Assembly: GCA_965219995.1 (NCBI GenBank)
Contig: CBDCOX010000002.1
Coordinates: 2,816,001 to 2,880,000, forward strand
DNA from: Candidatus Latescibacterota bacterium
GTDB lineage: Bacteria > Latescibacterota > UBA2968 > GCA-2709665
Reading direction: 5' to 3'
DNA length: 64,000 nucleotides
Within the stretch, counting starts at the first letter, position 1, and each line of letters opens with the position of its first letter. The position numbers were made by a program, and so were the translations under genes. This document shows, piece by piece, positions 17,517 through 27,320 of the stretch. Below the pieces are notes generated by a model. The model did not search any database, had not been told where the DNA came from, and saw only the letters and a list, made by a program, of their open reading frames with translations.

Positions 17517-18182
17517 CTATGGCAGTCCCGCGAGTGCCGCCCGTCTTAGCGCAGCGACATTTGCGGCCACCTTGCCATTCCGGAAAGCGGCCGATCCCGC
17601 CACGAGTACTTGCGCACCTGCAGCAACTGCCCGGCCTGCGTTTTCTACCCCGATTCCGCCGTCGATTTCAATCTCCACGTCCATGCCCTGACGCATAACC
17701 TCCGCCCTCAATCTCCGGACCTTTTCGAGTGACTCCGGCATAAATGCCTGACCGCCGAATCCGGGTTCCACCGACATGACCAGCGCAAGGTCCAGCGACG
17801 GCAGCAGGGGATATAACGCCTCCACGGGTGTTGCCGGCTTCACCGTGGCGCCGGGCCTCATGCCCATCTCCCGGATTGCGCCCAGCAGGGTTGGCAAATC
17901 CGCGTTGACCTCTACGTGTACGGTACAGATATCGGCGCCGCTATCCGCGAAATCCCTCAGGTACCGGCCGGGATCGGCAATCATGAGATGCACGTCCAGG
18001 GTCAACGTCGTCGCTTTTCGAATCGCTTCCACAACCATTGGACCGAACGTGATATTCGGCACAAAATGGCCGTCCATCACATCCAGATGGATATACTCCG
18101 CACCCGCGGCTTCCACCGCCCGAATCTCGCGTTCCAACGCGACAAAATCAGCTGCCAGAAATGACGGAGCGATTTTGACCAT
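17517..18182 (-). CDS. rpe: Ribulose-phosphate 3-epimerase
   Basis: IAPS.LAADF, HLDVMDGHFVPNITFG, MSVEPGFGGQ and IEIDGG. Confidence 0.97.
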   Translation of the reverse strand: MVKIAPSFLAADFVALEREIRAVEAAGAEYIHLDVMDGHFVPNITFGPMVVEAIRKATTLTLDVHLMIADPGRYLRDFADSGADICTVHVEVNADLPTLLGAIREMGMRPGATVKPATPVEALYPLLPSLDLALVMSVEPGFGGQAFMPESLEKVRRLRAEVMRQGMDVEIEIDGGIGVENAGRAVAAGAQVLVAGSAAFRNGKVAANVAALRRAALAGLP

Positions 18183-18263
18183 AAAAAAACTCCACTTTTC
18201 AGCAACCGGCGTCCGTGAGGCGGGGCATGCAAATGGAAACCAATGCGGGACAGCGGCCCGACG

Positions 18264-18998
18264 CTACAATTTACTCACCACCAGCCGCACACGCGTTCCC
18301 TGCTTCACCTCTTCTCCGAACTCCGGAATATGCCGGATCACCACGTTCAACAGGTGCTGCGTGCTGAATTCATAGCGAATTTCCCGCACCTTCAGCCCGG
18401 CCTCCTCCAACGCCGCCCGGGCGGTCTCCAGCGGCATGCCCACCAGATTCGGCATCGGGACCATCTCACCCGGAGGCCCGTTGCTGATCGTTACCGAAAC
18501 GGGGGTGCCGCTCCGTACCTGTTGTCCGGGCGGGGGATCCTGGCCGATGATCAATCCCTCCCTGACAACTTCTGACGCATCCTCGAGTGTATCTCCCATG
18601 GCCAGACCCGCCTGTGCAATCCACAACTGCGCCTGGCGCAGCGACTTTTCCGTGAGGTCCGGTACTTCGTAGAGCCGGACCCCCAGACTCGGAACCGCAT
18701 AAACCGTTCGGTTGATTTTCACTTTCGAATAGGCACGCGGATTCTGTCGCACCAGCTTGCCTTCGGCAACGGATGTGTCCCATCGGCCGGGCTGCAGCTT
18801 CAACCTGAGCCCCCGTTGAGACAGCGTCAGTCTGGCATCTTCGGGCGACAGATCGACGATATCGGGGACCTCAACACGCTGGCCGGCCCGAACCAGACGG
18901 GGCATAATGAACCGATCGAGCAGGATCAGGCCCACGATACCCGTGATTACCGCGCAGCCCGCGAACAGTCCTGCCTCCCGCAGAATCCTCTTGACCAT
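18264..18998 (-). CDS. PASTA domain-containing membrane protein (3 PASTA repeats)
   Basis: N-terminal TM; VPDIVD, VPDLTE and MPNLVG repeat starts with Q.P..G motifs. Confidence 0.88.
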   Translation of the reverse strand: MVKRILREAGLFAGCAVITGIVGLILLDRFIMPRLVRAGQRVEVPDIVDLSPEDARLTLSQRGLRLKLQPGRWDTSVAEGKLVRQNPRAYSKVKINRTVYAVPSLGVRLYEVPDLTEKSLRQAQLWIAQAGLAMGDTLEDASEVVREGLIIGQDPPPGQQVRSGTPVSVTISNGPPGEMVPMPNLVGMPLETARAALEEAGLKVREIRYEFSTQHLLNVVIRHIPEFGEEVKQGTRVRLVVSKL

Positions 18999-19122
18999 CC
19001 TTCTCGCAATCCGTCTCTGGAAAAACCAAAAAACCGCGCTCTATGTCAGGATCTTAACCCTCCGGACGATGCACGGTTCAAAAATAGGACAAGGTCCCGC
19101 CGGTGTCAAGGTCGCGCGCCAA

Positions 19123-19938
19123 TCAATTTCCCACCGTAAGAGAAACCCTGTGCGACAGTCCAAGTACGGTGTGGTACAGGGTCGCATAGTCGATCCGGAA
19201 GCCCCTGTGAATCACACCTGCCCCCACAGACAATCGCTCGGCCCTTGCCCCGACGCCCATCCGCAGCATAACCCGGCGGGCGGGTTTGTATTCCGCCCCC
19301 GCGCTCACCCCCGTTTGCCGTCCGGCCTCCTTACGAACATCCACGAGCAGCGCCAGATTCGGCAGGATCTGAAACCCGGCGCCCGCCGTGCCGCCCTGGC
19401 CCAGCACATCCACCCACGCCCCACCCGCATTCCATGCCGCCAGCCCCAGGGTGACCTTGGGCCTCACGAGGATCTTCGCACCCAGGTCGAATGCCGTCCA
19501 CCCCCGGTCCGCGCCGCCGGCAACCGACAGCCGCATGCGCCGGATTCTCACCCCGAGCCCCAGCCGGGATGCCAGCCGGATGCCGAATGTCAGACCGGCT
19601 GTACGCTCCCTGTACAGGCTGAAGCCGTACTCCTGATAACCAAGGCCGACCGCCGTCCGGCCCGTCGACGCGACCGTCCCGATCGCATGGGCATCCAGCA
19701 CCGCCATGCCGAACGGCCGCTCATAGCCTCCCGTGATACTGACGCCCTCGCCCCAGGCTACCGCGCCCGCATTCCAGAAGACGCCTTCGACCCCTTCAGC
19801 CCGACCCACAAACGTGTCCCCCAATCCGCCGGACCGGGCGCCCACCGCCTGAAACTCGAATGCTGCGGCAGCGGGCACAGGCATCAGGGCAATGCAGGAG
19901 AGCACGCCGCGCGCCGCGTTTTTCAGAAATGGCTTCAT
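19123..19938 (-). CDS. Outer-membrane beta-barrel protein, PorV/PorQ-like
   Basis: Signal peptide, GARSGGLG...G.EGVFWNAG, amphipathic beta strands, IDYA...H..LG.SHRVSL C-terminus. Confidence 0.6.
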   Translation of the reverse strand: MKPFLKNAARGVLSCIALMPVPAAAAFEFQAVGARSGGLGDTFVGRAEGVEGVFWNAGAVAWGEGVSITGGYERPFGMAVLDAHAIGTVASTGRTAVGLGYQEYGFSLYRERTAGLTFGIRLASRLGLGVRIRRMRLSVAGGADRGWTAFDLGAKILVRPKVTLGLAAWNAGGAWVDVLGQGGTAGAGFQILPNLALLVDVRKEAGRQTGVSAGAEYKPARRVMLRMGVGARAERLSVGAGVIHRGFRIDYATLYHTVLGLSHRVSLTVGN

Positions 19939-20002
19939 TCTGTCCGTACACAATCCGCAACCCCTGTGCCCGGCGCTGCCGTATTCTGAAATATTCGACT
20001 AT

Positions 20003-20021
20003 ATTAAATATTATCATTATC
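20003..20021 (-). promoter_or_regulatory. Fur-box-like site
   Basis: The minus strand reads GATAATGATAATATTTAAT, 15/19 identical to the E. coli Fur consensus GATAATGATAATCATTATC. Confidence 0.4.
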
Positions 20022-20204
20022 TTGTGAAAATCCGCCTCATGTCGCCCGTCGAGCGTAAGTCCGGGGAAACGCCATGGCGAACGTTACAGTCCACCCGGTA
20101 ATTGTCGTCCGGAAATGGACAGAAAAGCCCGCGGGCAATTGCCCACGGGCGAAATTGAAATAGACCGCACTACCCGGCGGCGTTATATTTAGCGCGTGAT
20201 CATG

Positions 20205-21149
20205 TCAATGAACAACGGCTGGACCTATCACAACCTCGTTCAGCGCGAAGCCGAAGGGGAAACCGTCCTTCAATTCTACCTCCGGCGTTACCCTCATTCC
20301 TCCGCGGAAGCCTGGCGGCAACGGATCCTGTGCGGCGACGTGCGGGTGAATGACCGGCCGGTCTCGCCCGATACACCGCTTGCGGCGGGTCAGCGGCTCA
20401 CCTACCGCAGGAGGCCGTGGCGGGAACCGGACGCCCCCTGTTCGTTCGCGCTGCTCTACGAGGATGAGCACCTGATTGCCGTCGCCAAACCCTCCGGCCT
20501 GCCCGTGCTGGCAGGCGGCCGGCATCTCCGGAACACCCTGCTCGCCCGGGTTCGGGAACGCTATTCTGAGACTCCGGGGCCCGCGCCTCTCCATCGCCTT
20601 GGCCGGGGGACGTCGGGCGTCGTCCTGTTCGCGCGTTCCGATACGGCGAGACGACATCTATCGGAGGACTTTCGAAACCGGCGGATATGCAAGATCTACC
20701 GCACACTGGTTGCCGGCACCGAAGTACCCGACCGGTTTACAGTGGATGTGCCCATCGGGCGGATTCCCTATGCCCCGACCGGAACCCTCTTCGCGGCAAC
20801 CGGCGCGGGCAAGCCGGCCAGGACGATATGCCGCGTTCTCAACCGTGATTCCGATGCCAATCGGAGCCTGGTCCGTGTCAATCTCGTCAGCGGCCGCGCC
20901 CATCAGATCCGGATCCACCTCGCTGCCGCCGGACATCCTCTGATTGACGACCCTCTCTATCGCGCCGGCGGCCTGCCGGTCATTACGCCCGATGGGAACC
21001 GCGCTCCGCTCCCTGGCGACACCGGGTACCACCTTCACGCGCACCAACTCCGATTCATCCATCCGGCCACGCGCCGGCGCGTTCTCCTCACCTGCCCGCC
21101 CCCTCCGAACCTCCGCACGCCTGAAGAGAACAAGGAAACGCCCCGATAG
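20205..21149 (+). CDS. RluA family pseudouridine synthase
   Basis: AVAKPSGLPV, LHRLGRGTSG, SGRAHQIRIHLA..GHPL and LHAHQL.F.HP. Confidence 0.9.
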   Translation, partial: SMNNGWTYHNLVQREAEGETVLQFYLRRYPHSSAEAWRQRILCGDVRVNDRPVSPDTPLAAGQRLTYRRRPWREPDAPCSFALLYEDEHLIAVAKPSGLPVLAGGRHLRNTLLARVRERYSETPGPAPLHRLGRGTSGVVLFARSDTARRHLSEDFRNRRICKIYRTLVAGTEVPDRFTVDVPIGRIPYAPTGTLFAATGAGKPARTICRVLNRDSDANRSLVRVNLVSGRAHQIRIHLAAAGHPLIDDPLYRAGGLPVITPDGNRAPLPGDTGYHLHAHQLRFIHPATRRRVLLTCPPPPNLRTPEENKETPR

Positions 21150-21155
21150 TAAGGC

Positions 21156-21294
21156 AAATTGCCACAAAAGCAACTATCCTGTTACCGGGCGTATAGCCGA
21201 AAGACAGGGAAATTTCCGCATCGTCACGGCGTTACGACACACGCCGTTTCGCACCGATTCCTCTTGTGCCTTTTGTGCTTTTTGTGGCCAATTT
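21156..21294. repeat. Intergenic element with inverted ends (AATTGCCACAAAAG / TTTTGTGGCCAATT) and a tandem TTTTGTGC unit
   Basis: The right end has three about-10-nt units (TTGTGCC TTTTGTGC TTTTTGTGGC) complementary to the left end; lies between convergent genes. Confidence 0.5.
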
Positions 21295-21320
21295 ATCGGT
21301 TGTCGTTTTTCGAATTGAGA

Positions 21321-22103
21321 CTATTCCCTGATTCTGGTCGACTCATCGGTACGCGCCTGCTCAATGTGTCTGCCGGTGAAGCCGACGGCAAATCGCAGGT
21401 CTGCGCCGCGCAGGTCTGCATTCCGGAGGTTGGCTTTGTATAGATCGGTGTTTTGCATTCGGGCCTTGACGAGGCTCGCGCACCGCAGGTCGGCCTGCAT
21501 CAGGTCGGCATTCCGCAGCCTTGCGCTTCGCAGATCGGCGCTCCTGAGGTCCACGCCCTGAAGGTTCGCACCCTCGAGGTTCGCGCTTCTCAGATTGGCG
21601 CCGCGCAGGTCCGCGTTGAGAAGATTGGCGTCCTGGAGGCGCGCCTTCCGCAGATCGGCTCCGTGAAGCGTGGCATCGCGAAGGTTGGCGCCACGCAGTG
21701 TGGCGTCCCGAAGCCGGGCCCCGGAAAGTTCGGCATTCGTCAGGTCGGCGAGTTCCAGGTCCGCGGGCGCGAGTCCGGCGTCTCTGAGGTTTGCGCCGCG
21801 GAACAGGGCTCCCTGGAGGCGGGCGCCGGAGAGGTCTGCGTCCCGGAGGTTTGCATCGCGGAAGTTGGCCTCGTAAAGCCTGGCGCGCTGGAGATTGGCG
21901 CCGTGCAGGACCGCGTTCTGGAACCGTGCGCCGCTAAGGATGGCTTCGCTCAGGTCGGCGCTTTCGAGCCTCGCGCCCTGGAGCTCCGCACGGTTCAGAT
22001 TCACGCCGGACAATCTGGCCCGTTCTCCTGTTGCTCCTTCGGAATCGATCCACGCCCGGTGCCGGTCGATGACAAGACGGAGCTCAGCGGGTGACATTGG
22101 CAT
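21321..22103 (-). CDS. Pentapeptide repeat protein
   Basis: Long run of A(D/N)Lxx repeats after an H..W....G.RA.L lead-in. Confidence 0.93.
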   Translation of the reverse strand: MPMSPAELRLVIDRHRAWIDSEGATGERARLSGVNLNRAELQGARLESADLSEAILSGARFQNAVLHGANLQRARLYEANFRDANLRDADLSGARLQGALFRGANLRDAGLAPADLELADLTNAELSGARLRDATLRGANLRDATLHGADLRKARLQDANLLNADLRGANLRSANLEGANLQGVDLRSADLRSARLRNADLMQADLRCASLVKARMQNTDLYKANLRNADLRGADLRFAVGFTGRHIEQARTDESTRIRE

Positions 22104-22107
22104 TATT

Positions 22108-22677
22108 TCATCCCTTGCCGGTCTCGTGGATATCAGATTCGGTAACGACCAGGTCCATCGAGATGTCGCGAGGGTCGGCCGGCAGACGATCGACGAGCTG
22201 GAAGTCGAACGCCAGGCCGATTCTGATCGCAGGAGTCAGCGAAAGGAAGCGGTCGTAGTACCCCGCGCCGAATCCGATGCGATTTCCTGTGCGGTCGAAG
22301 GCCAGACCGGGAACGACAATAACGTCAAAGGCGCCAGGTGGTACGACGGATCCCGTCTCGCCGGACGGTTCCATAAGGCCCAGGGTCGAGGGCTTTAATT
22401 CCGCGAGGCCTCGAATCTCCCGGTGGACCAGCATGCGGTTCGGCAACGCAACGGGTACCGCGACCCGCTTGCCGCCTCCCAGGGCGGACTCGATGAGCGA
22501 ATGGGTGCGGACTTCGTTCCTTACCGAGACGTAACTCGCCAGACATCCCGCCCGGCGGTAGGCTTCCTGGCCGACCAGGCGCGCGATGACGTGTTCACTC
22601 CTGGCGCGGACTTCCTCCGGCGTCAGCCCGGACCGTTGTCTCTTCATGGAATCTCGAAATTTCTCTTTGGGCTGCAT
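22108..22677 (-). CDS. 5-formyltetrahydrofolate cyclo-ligase
   Basis: K..FR..M...R, DVIVVPGLAFDRTGNRIGFGAGYYDRFL and D.SMD.VVTE. Confidence 0.95.
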   Translation of the reverse strand: MQPKEKFRDSMKRQRSGLTPEEVRARSEHVIARLVGQEAYRRAGCLASYVSVRNEVRTHSLIESALGGGKRVAVPVALPNRMLVHREIRGLAELKPSTLGLMEPSGETGSVVPPGAFDVIVVPGLAFDRTGNRIGFGAGYYDRFLSLTPAIRIGLAFDFQLVDRLPADPRDISMDLVVTESDIHETGKG

Positions 22678-22723
22678 CGGTGCCGCTCCGCCTCAAGCGT
22701 TGTACTCAATCCATGGGATCATA

Positions 22724-22752
22724 ACTATACTTCCGGGGTGACGGGTTGTCAA
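22724..22752 (-). promoter_or_regulatory. Sigma70 promoter TTGACA-17-TATAGT
   Basis: Near-consensus hexamers with 17-nt spacing upstream of the cyclo-ligase gene. Confidence 0.7.
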
Positions 22753-22818
22753 GGCGCGAGCGCGTTCGCTGAAGGGTGTTGCCGGTCTCGGCCGGCGCGG
22801 TCGGACGGAAAAGTTCCC

Positions 22819-22847
22819 TTGACTTTGACCGTGTGGAATTTTACATT
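22819..22847 (+). promoter_or_regulatory. Sigma70 promoter TTGACT-17-TACATT
   Basis: Divergent promoter upstream of uppS. Confidence 0.55.
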
Positions 22848-22896
22848 TACAAATGCCGATTTATTAGGTAATAACGGCAAATTTGGAGACGGAATC

Positions 22897-23724
22897 TTGG
22901 ATCGCCACGACGTCGAAATGCAGAGCAGATTGAAGTCAGACGACAACCTGCCCAGGCACGTTGCCATCATCATGGACGGGAATGGTCGCTGGGCGCAGAT
23001 GCATGGCCTCGTCAGGACTCAGGGGCACCGTTCCGCGCGAAAAGTCGTGCGCGACATCGTGCGGGCTTGCGGCGAACTGGGAATCGATATTCTCACTTTG
23101 TTTGCGTTCGGCACGGACAATTGGCGGCGTCCGTGGGCAGAAGTCCTGTCGTTAATGCAATTGTTGCGTGACGTTGCGGTTGAGGAACTGAAGGAACTCC
23201 TCGAAAACAACGTACGTCTGATTGCTACCGGAGATACGGACCGCCTGGCCAGGCAGGCGAGGCAGGCGATGAAATACGCCATGTTCAGGACAGCGGAAAA
23301 CACCGGGCTGACGCTGAATCTGGCCATGAGTTACGACGGTCGCGGCGATATTCTTCAGGCCGTCAGACGCATCGCCAACGAGGTCGATCGGGGAAGGTTA
23401 AGCAGCGATGAAATCGACGGAAGCCTGTTTTCCCGGATGCTTTACACCGTCGACCTGCCCGATCCCGATTTGCTGATCCGCACGAGCGGAGAGTTTCGTC
23501 TGAGTAATTTCATGCTGTGGCAATGCGCGTACACGGAGTTCTGGTTCACGCCGGTCCTGTGGCCCGATTTCAGGCGCGAACATCTGTACGAAGCCATTCG
23601 GGCGTATCAGTCCAGGGAACGCCGTTTTGGAAAGACCAGCGCACAGGTCCGGTCTACGGTGGTCGGCGCCGGGAACGGGCGAGCGGAACGGATCGGCGCG
23701 ACGACGGGCGCGAAGCCTGCATAA
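22897..23724 (+). CDS. uppS: Undecaprenyl diphosphate synthase
   Basis: PRHVAIIMDGNGRWA, PDPDLLIRTSGEFRLSNFMLWQ and RERRFG. TTG start behind GGAG (alternative ATG at 22918). Confidence 0.96.
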   Translation: MDRHDVEMQSRLKSDDNLPRHVAIIMDGNGRWAQMHGLVRTQGHRSARKVVRDIVRACGELGIDILTLFAFGTDNWRRPWAEVLSLMQLLRDVAVEELKELLENNVRLIATGDTDRLARQARQAMKYAMFRTAENTGLTLNLAMSYDGRGDILQAVRRIANEVDRGRLSSDEIDGSLFSRMLYTVDLPDPDLLIRTSGEFRLSNFMLWQCAYTEFWFTPVLWPDFRREHLYEAIRAYQSRERRFGKTSAQVRSTVVGAGNGRAERIGATTGAKPA

Positions 23725-23760
23725 CGGTTTCACGCCAACTCTCGCTTCCGTCAAGCAGGG

Positions 23761-24591
23761 GTGGATTTGGCGGTACGGTCGAATTTGCTTCACCGGATCT
23801 CTGCGGCGGCGGTCTTCGGGCCGCTTTTTCTGGTACTGTTCTGGGTTGGCGGCATACCGCTCCTGGTCGGTGTGTGCGCGGTGGCCGGGCTTGGGACATG
23901 GGAATATTGCCGGATGCAGAAAAATCGGGGGCTGCATCCCTGGACGGGCGTCGGGGTTGCGGCCTCTTTGGTTTGGTGCCTTTGGCTGTACTGGTTCGAA
24001 GAGCGACTCTGGCCGATTCCGACCGTGCTGATTCCGGTTGTTCTGCTGACCCTGGCATTCAGGCAGAGGGCGGGGCGATTTCGGCTTGCCGACGCCGAAG
24101 CGACCTTTGTCGGTACATGCTATGTTGGATTGCTTCCCGCTTTTGCGCTGTTGGTCCGGAACTACTCCGGCTTCCGTTCCGGCGAAACCGGCGCCGCCGG
24201 GTTTGCCGTTCTGGTACTTCTGGGAATCTGGGGCACGGACATTCTTGCCTATTTCTCGGGGCGTCTCCGGGGCAAGCGACATCCTTTCCCGAAGATCAGC
24301 CCGGGCAAGACGGGCGCGGGTTTCGCGGGAGGAATCGTCGGAGCAGTCGCGGTTATGTCCGTTGGCGGCCACGTCTTGACGTTGTACGCGCCAGCGGAGG
24401 GGATCGTACTGGGAATCGTGGTGGGATTCAGCGCGTTCTGGGGAGATCTGGTCGAGTCGATGATCAAGAGGAACGCGGGGGTCAAGGACGCCTCGGCCCT
24501 GATTCCCGGACACGGCGGCGTGCTGGACAGATTCGACAGTTTTCTGTTCGTGTACCCGGCGGTGTATTTTTACCTGCTCGTCCTGTATTAA
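23761..24591 (+). CDS. cdsA: Phosphatidate cytidylyltransferase
   Basis: DILAYFSG, ISPGKT and GDLVESMIKR..GVKD...IPGHGGVLDRFDS. Confidence 0.95.
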   Translation: MDLAVRSNLLHRISAAAVFGPLFLVLFWVGGIPLLVGVCAVAGLGTWEYCRMQKNRGLHPWTGVGVAASLVWCLWLYWFEERLWPIPTVLIPVVLLTLAFRQRAGRFRLADAEATFVGTCYVGLLPAFALLVRNYSGFRSGETGAAGFAVLVLLGIWGTDILAYFSGRLRGKRHPFPKISPGKTGAGFAGGIVGAVAVMSVGGHVLTLYAPAEGIVLGIVVGFSAFWGDLVESMIKRNAGVKDASALIPGHGGVLDRFDSFLFVYPAVYFYLLVLY

Positions 24592-24653
24592 CCCTCCGTA
24601 CATTCCGGGAACCTGAGATTACGTTCACCCGTTGACAGGAACGGGACCTGGGT

Positions 24654-25811
24654 ATGAAGCGAGTTGCACTGCTGGGGTCCACGGGATCGATCGGAACCAG
24701 TACGCTGGATGTACTGGCTGGCCTGCCGGACAGGTTCGAAGTGGAATCCCTCAGCGCAGGACGCAATATCAATCTGCTATGCGGGCAGGTGAGGCGTTTC
24801 CGGCCGAAGCGGGTCTGCGTGGCGGACGAGAACGCGACAGACGCCGGCGAAAGGCCCGAGTTGCAGGGCGTTGAGGTGTTGCACGGTCCTGACGGACTCA
24901 TCGCATTGGCAACGGACGCCAACGTGGATCTGGTAATCAACGGGCTGGTTGCGGGCGTCGGATTGCGGCCGACGCTGGCGGCGGTCGAGGCCGGAAAGGA
25001 CGTCGCCATCGCGAATAAGGAATCACTGGTTGTAGCGGGGCACCTGATCACGGAACTCGCGGCGCGGAACGGCGTGCGTTTGATTCCGCTGGATAGCGAA
25101 CTGACTCCCCTGTGGCAGAGCCTGCAGGAAGTCCCTCAGCAGCAGGTGGCACGCATCGTACTTTCCGCCTCCGGGGGACCGTTTTTCGAGATGTCACTGG
25201 ACGAGATGGCCCGCGCGACACCCGACGACGCCCTGCGTCATCCGACGTGGCGAATGGGTCCGAAAATCACGATCGATTCCGCAACATTGATGAACAAGGG
25301 TTTCGAGGTGATCGAGTCCCGCTGGTTTCTCGGGCTCGATATCGAACAGATCGACGTGGTGATCCACCGTCAGTCGGTCGTGCATTGCCTGGTGGAATTC
25401 CTAGACGGAAGCCTGACCGCGCATTTGAGCCGGCCCGACATGCGGCTGCCGATTCAGCAGGCGCTGACCCATCCGGACCGGCTGCCGACGGCTGTGTCTT
25501 CGCTGGACCTGGTGTCCACGGGTTCCCTGAGCTTTCACGCGCCGGACCTGGAGCGGTTTCCATGCCTTGCGATTGCATATGACGTGGGACGCGCGGGCGG
25601 TACGGCGGCAGCGGTGCTGAACGCGGCCAACGAGATCGGTGTGTATTCCTTTCTGTCAGGGCGAATCGGATTTCTGGATGTCCCGGACGTCGTACGCCGG
25701 ACCCTGGATGCGCATGTCAACGCATCGGGCTCGAAACTTGATGCGGTATTGGAAGCGGACCGCTGGGGGCGGGAAAAGGCAAGGGAGGTCGTCGCGCGCC
25801 TGGCGAAATAA
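24654..25811 (+). CDS. dxr: 1-deoxy-D-xylulose 5-phosphate reductoisomerase
   Basis: LGSTGSIG, ANKESLV, HPTWRMGPKITIDSATLMNKG and NAANE. Confidence 0.97.
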   Translation: MKRVALLGSTGSIGTSTLDVLAGLPDRFEVESLSAGRNINLLCGQVRRFRPKRVCVADENATDAGERPELQGVEVLHGPDGLIALATDANVDLVINGLVAGVGLRPTLAAVEAGKDVAIANKESLVVAGHLITELAARNGVRLIPLDSELTPLWQSLQEVPQQQVARIVLSASGGPFFEMSLDEMARATPDDALRHPTWRMGPKITIDSATLMNKGFEVIESRWFLGLDIEQIDVVIHRQSVVHCLVEFLDGSLTAHLSRPDMRLPIQQALTHPDRLPTAVSSLDLVSTGSLSFHAPDLERFPCLAIAYDVGRAGGTAAAVLNAANEIGVYSFLSGRIGFLDVPDVVRRTLDAHVNASGSKLDAVLEADRWGREKAREVVARLAK

Positions 25812-25937
25812 ACCCGAAGACTCCTCGCCGGGACCGGAGTGCCGCGCGGACGGCCATCGCACGGATCGCCGTTCCCGGTAATCGATCCGGCTCCACCGAC
25901 CCGGAGTGAGGGGAATTCCCTACAGGAGTTCAGCGCT

Positions 25938-27245
25938 TTGGAATTTCTGGAAACCATCTTCTATTTCATACTCGTACTCGGTGTGCTGGTTTTCGTGCAC
26001 GAATTCGGACATTTCGTGGTGGCCAAGAAGTCCGGGGTTCGCGTGGAACAGTTCTCGCTGGGATTTCCTCCCAAGGCGTTTGGGATTACGGTTGGCGAGA
26101 CCGAGTACTGCATTTCCTGGCTGCCCCTGGGCGGGTACGTGAAAGTCGCCGGAATGTCGGACTTTGGCAGCGCGGAGGTCAGGCAGGAGCCCTGGGAATT
26201 TCAGTCGAAACCCAGGGGAATCCAGATGGCGGTTTTCATCGCCGGGCCCATCATGAATTTCCTGCTGGGATTCCTGATCATTCTTGGGCTGCGTCTTTCG
26301 CTGGGGGACTATGTTCTGCAGACGACGAAGGTTGGCAGGATCGAGGCGACGTCTCCGTTTTATGAAGCGGGCCTGCGCTCGAACGACCGCATCCTCTCAG
26401 TGAATGGGACACCCGTGGAAGACTGGGGCGGGCTGATGGATGCATACAACGCGACTGGCGACGGCGACGTTGCCCTGGAAGTGGCTCGCGACGAGGGCGT
26501 GGTGTTCCTTGTGGCCACAACCGATAAAGGGCAGGAGCCGGGGTTCGATCCTTTCCTGCCCCCCGTTGCCGGATCGGTGATGCCCGGGTACCCTGCCGAC
26601 AAAGGGGGCATGGCGCCCGGCGACCGCGTGCTTTCGATCGCCGGCGAATCGGTGAGCGGATGGGACGAGATGAGGCGGAAAATCTCCGCAAGGCCGGGGC
26701 AGGAGACTGAGATCCGCTGGTTGCGCGGCGACGTGGAAGTCGCGGCCCGAGTCGTGCCTAAGCCGCAACGGGGAGAGGGGCGAACCATCGGCGTGATTGG
26801 CATCGGACCGTCCCTCGAGCCCAGCGCGAGGGTGCCGGTGACCCTTGGCGCCGCCATCGAGCGCAGCGGAAGGGATCTGGTGGGATATACCACGCTTATC
26901 TTCACGTTGATCAAGCGTCTGGTCATGGGAGAGGTATCCGGAGGAATGATCGCGGGACCGGTAGGCATTGCCCAGATGGCGGGGAGCAAGGCGCGGCAGG
27001 GTTGGGAGGCGCTGCTCGATTTCATGGCAATGTTGAGCATTAACCTCGCCGTCCTGAACCTGTTGCCGATACCCGCGCTGGACGGGGGCCACCTGATGAT
27101 CCTGAGCGTGGAAGCCATATCGCGGCGCTCGCTTTCCACGCGGCAGAAGGAGCGCCTCCAGCAGATCGGTTTCGTGTTCCTGCTCGGACTCATGGTGTAC
27201 GTGACCTTTGGCGACATCGGCCGGATCTGGGGGCTGTTCTATTGA
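25938..27245 (+). CDS. rseP: RIP metalloprotease RseP (two PDZ domains)
   Basis: HEFGH, PLGGYV and NLLPIPALDGG; TTG start behind AGGAG. Confidence 0.95.
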   Translation: MEFLETIFYFILVLGVLVFVHEFGHFVVAKKSGVRVEQFSLGFPPKAFGITVGETEYCISWLPLGGYVKVAGMSDFGSAEVRQEPWEFQSKPRGIQMAVFIAGPIMNFLLGFLIILGLRLSLGDYVLQTTKVGRIEATSPFYEAGLRSNDRILSVNGTPVEDWGGLMDAYNATGDGDVALEVARDEGVVFLVATTDKGQEPGFDPFLPPVAGSVMPGYPADKGGMAPGDRVLSIAGESVSGWDEMRRKISARPGQETEIRWLRGDVEVAARVVPKPQRGEGRTIGVIGIGPSLEPSARVPVTLGAAIERSGRDLVGYTTLIFTLIKRLVMGEVSGGMIAGPVGIAQMAGSKARQGWEALLDFMAMLSINLAVLNLLPIPALDGGHLMILSVEAISRRSLSTRQKERLQQIGFVFLLGLMVYVTFGDIGRIWGLFY

Positions 27246-27281
27246 CACGAATGAAGTGAAGTGTATCCGTAACGCTGAGAG

Positions 27282-27320
27282 AATGAAGCCGGGTTCGAAA
27301 ACCCGGCTTCATTTTTTTTT
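27282..27320 (+). terminator. Rho-independent terminator after rseP
   Basis: AATGAAGCCGGGT-tcgaaa-ACCCGGCTTCATT followed by a T run. Confidence 0.85.

Noticed and set aside
21453-22094. Repetitive + strand ORF (QVG/EIG repeats)
   Set aside because: Reverse-strand image of the pentapeptide repeat gene.
22678-22896. 6S RNA upstream of 5-formyl-THF cyclo-ligase
   Set aside because: The space is occupied by two divergent promoters; no long 6S-like hairpin seen.
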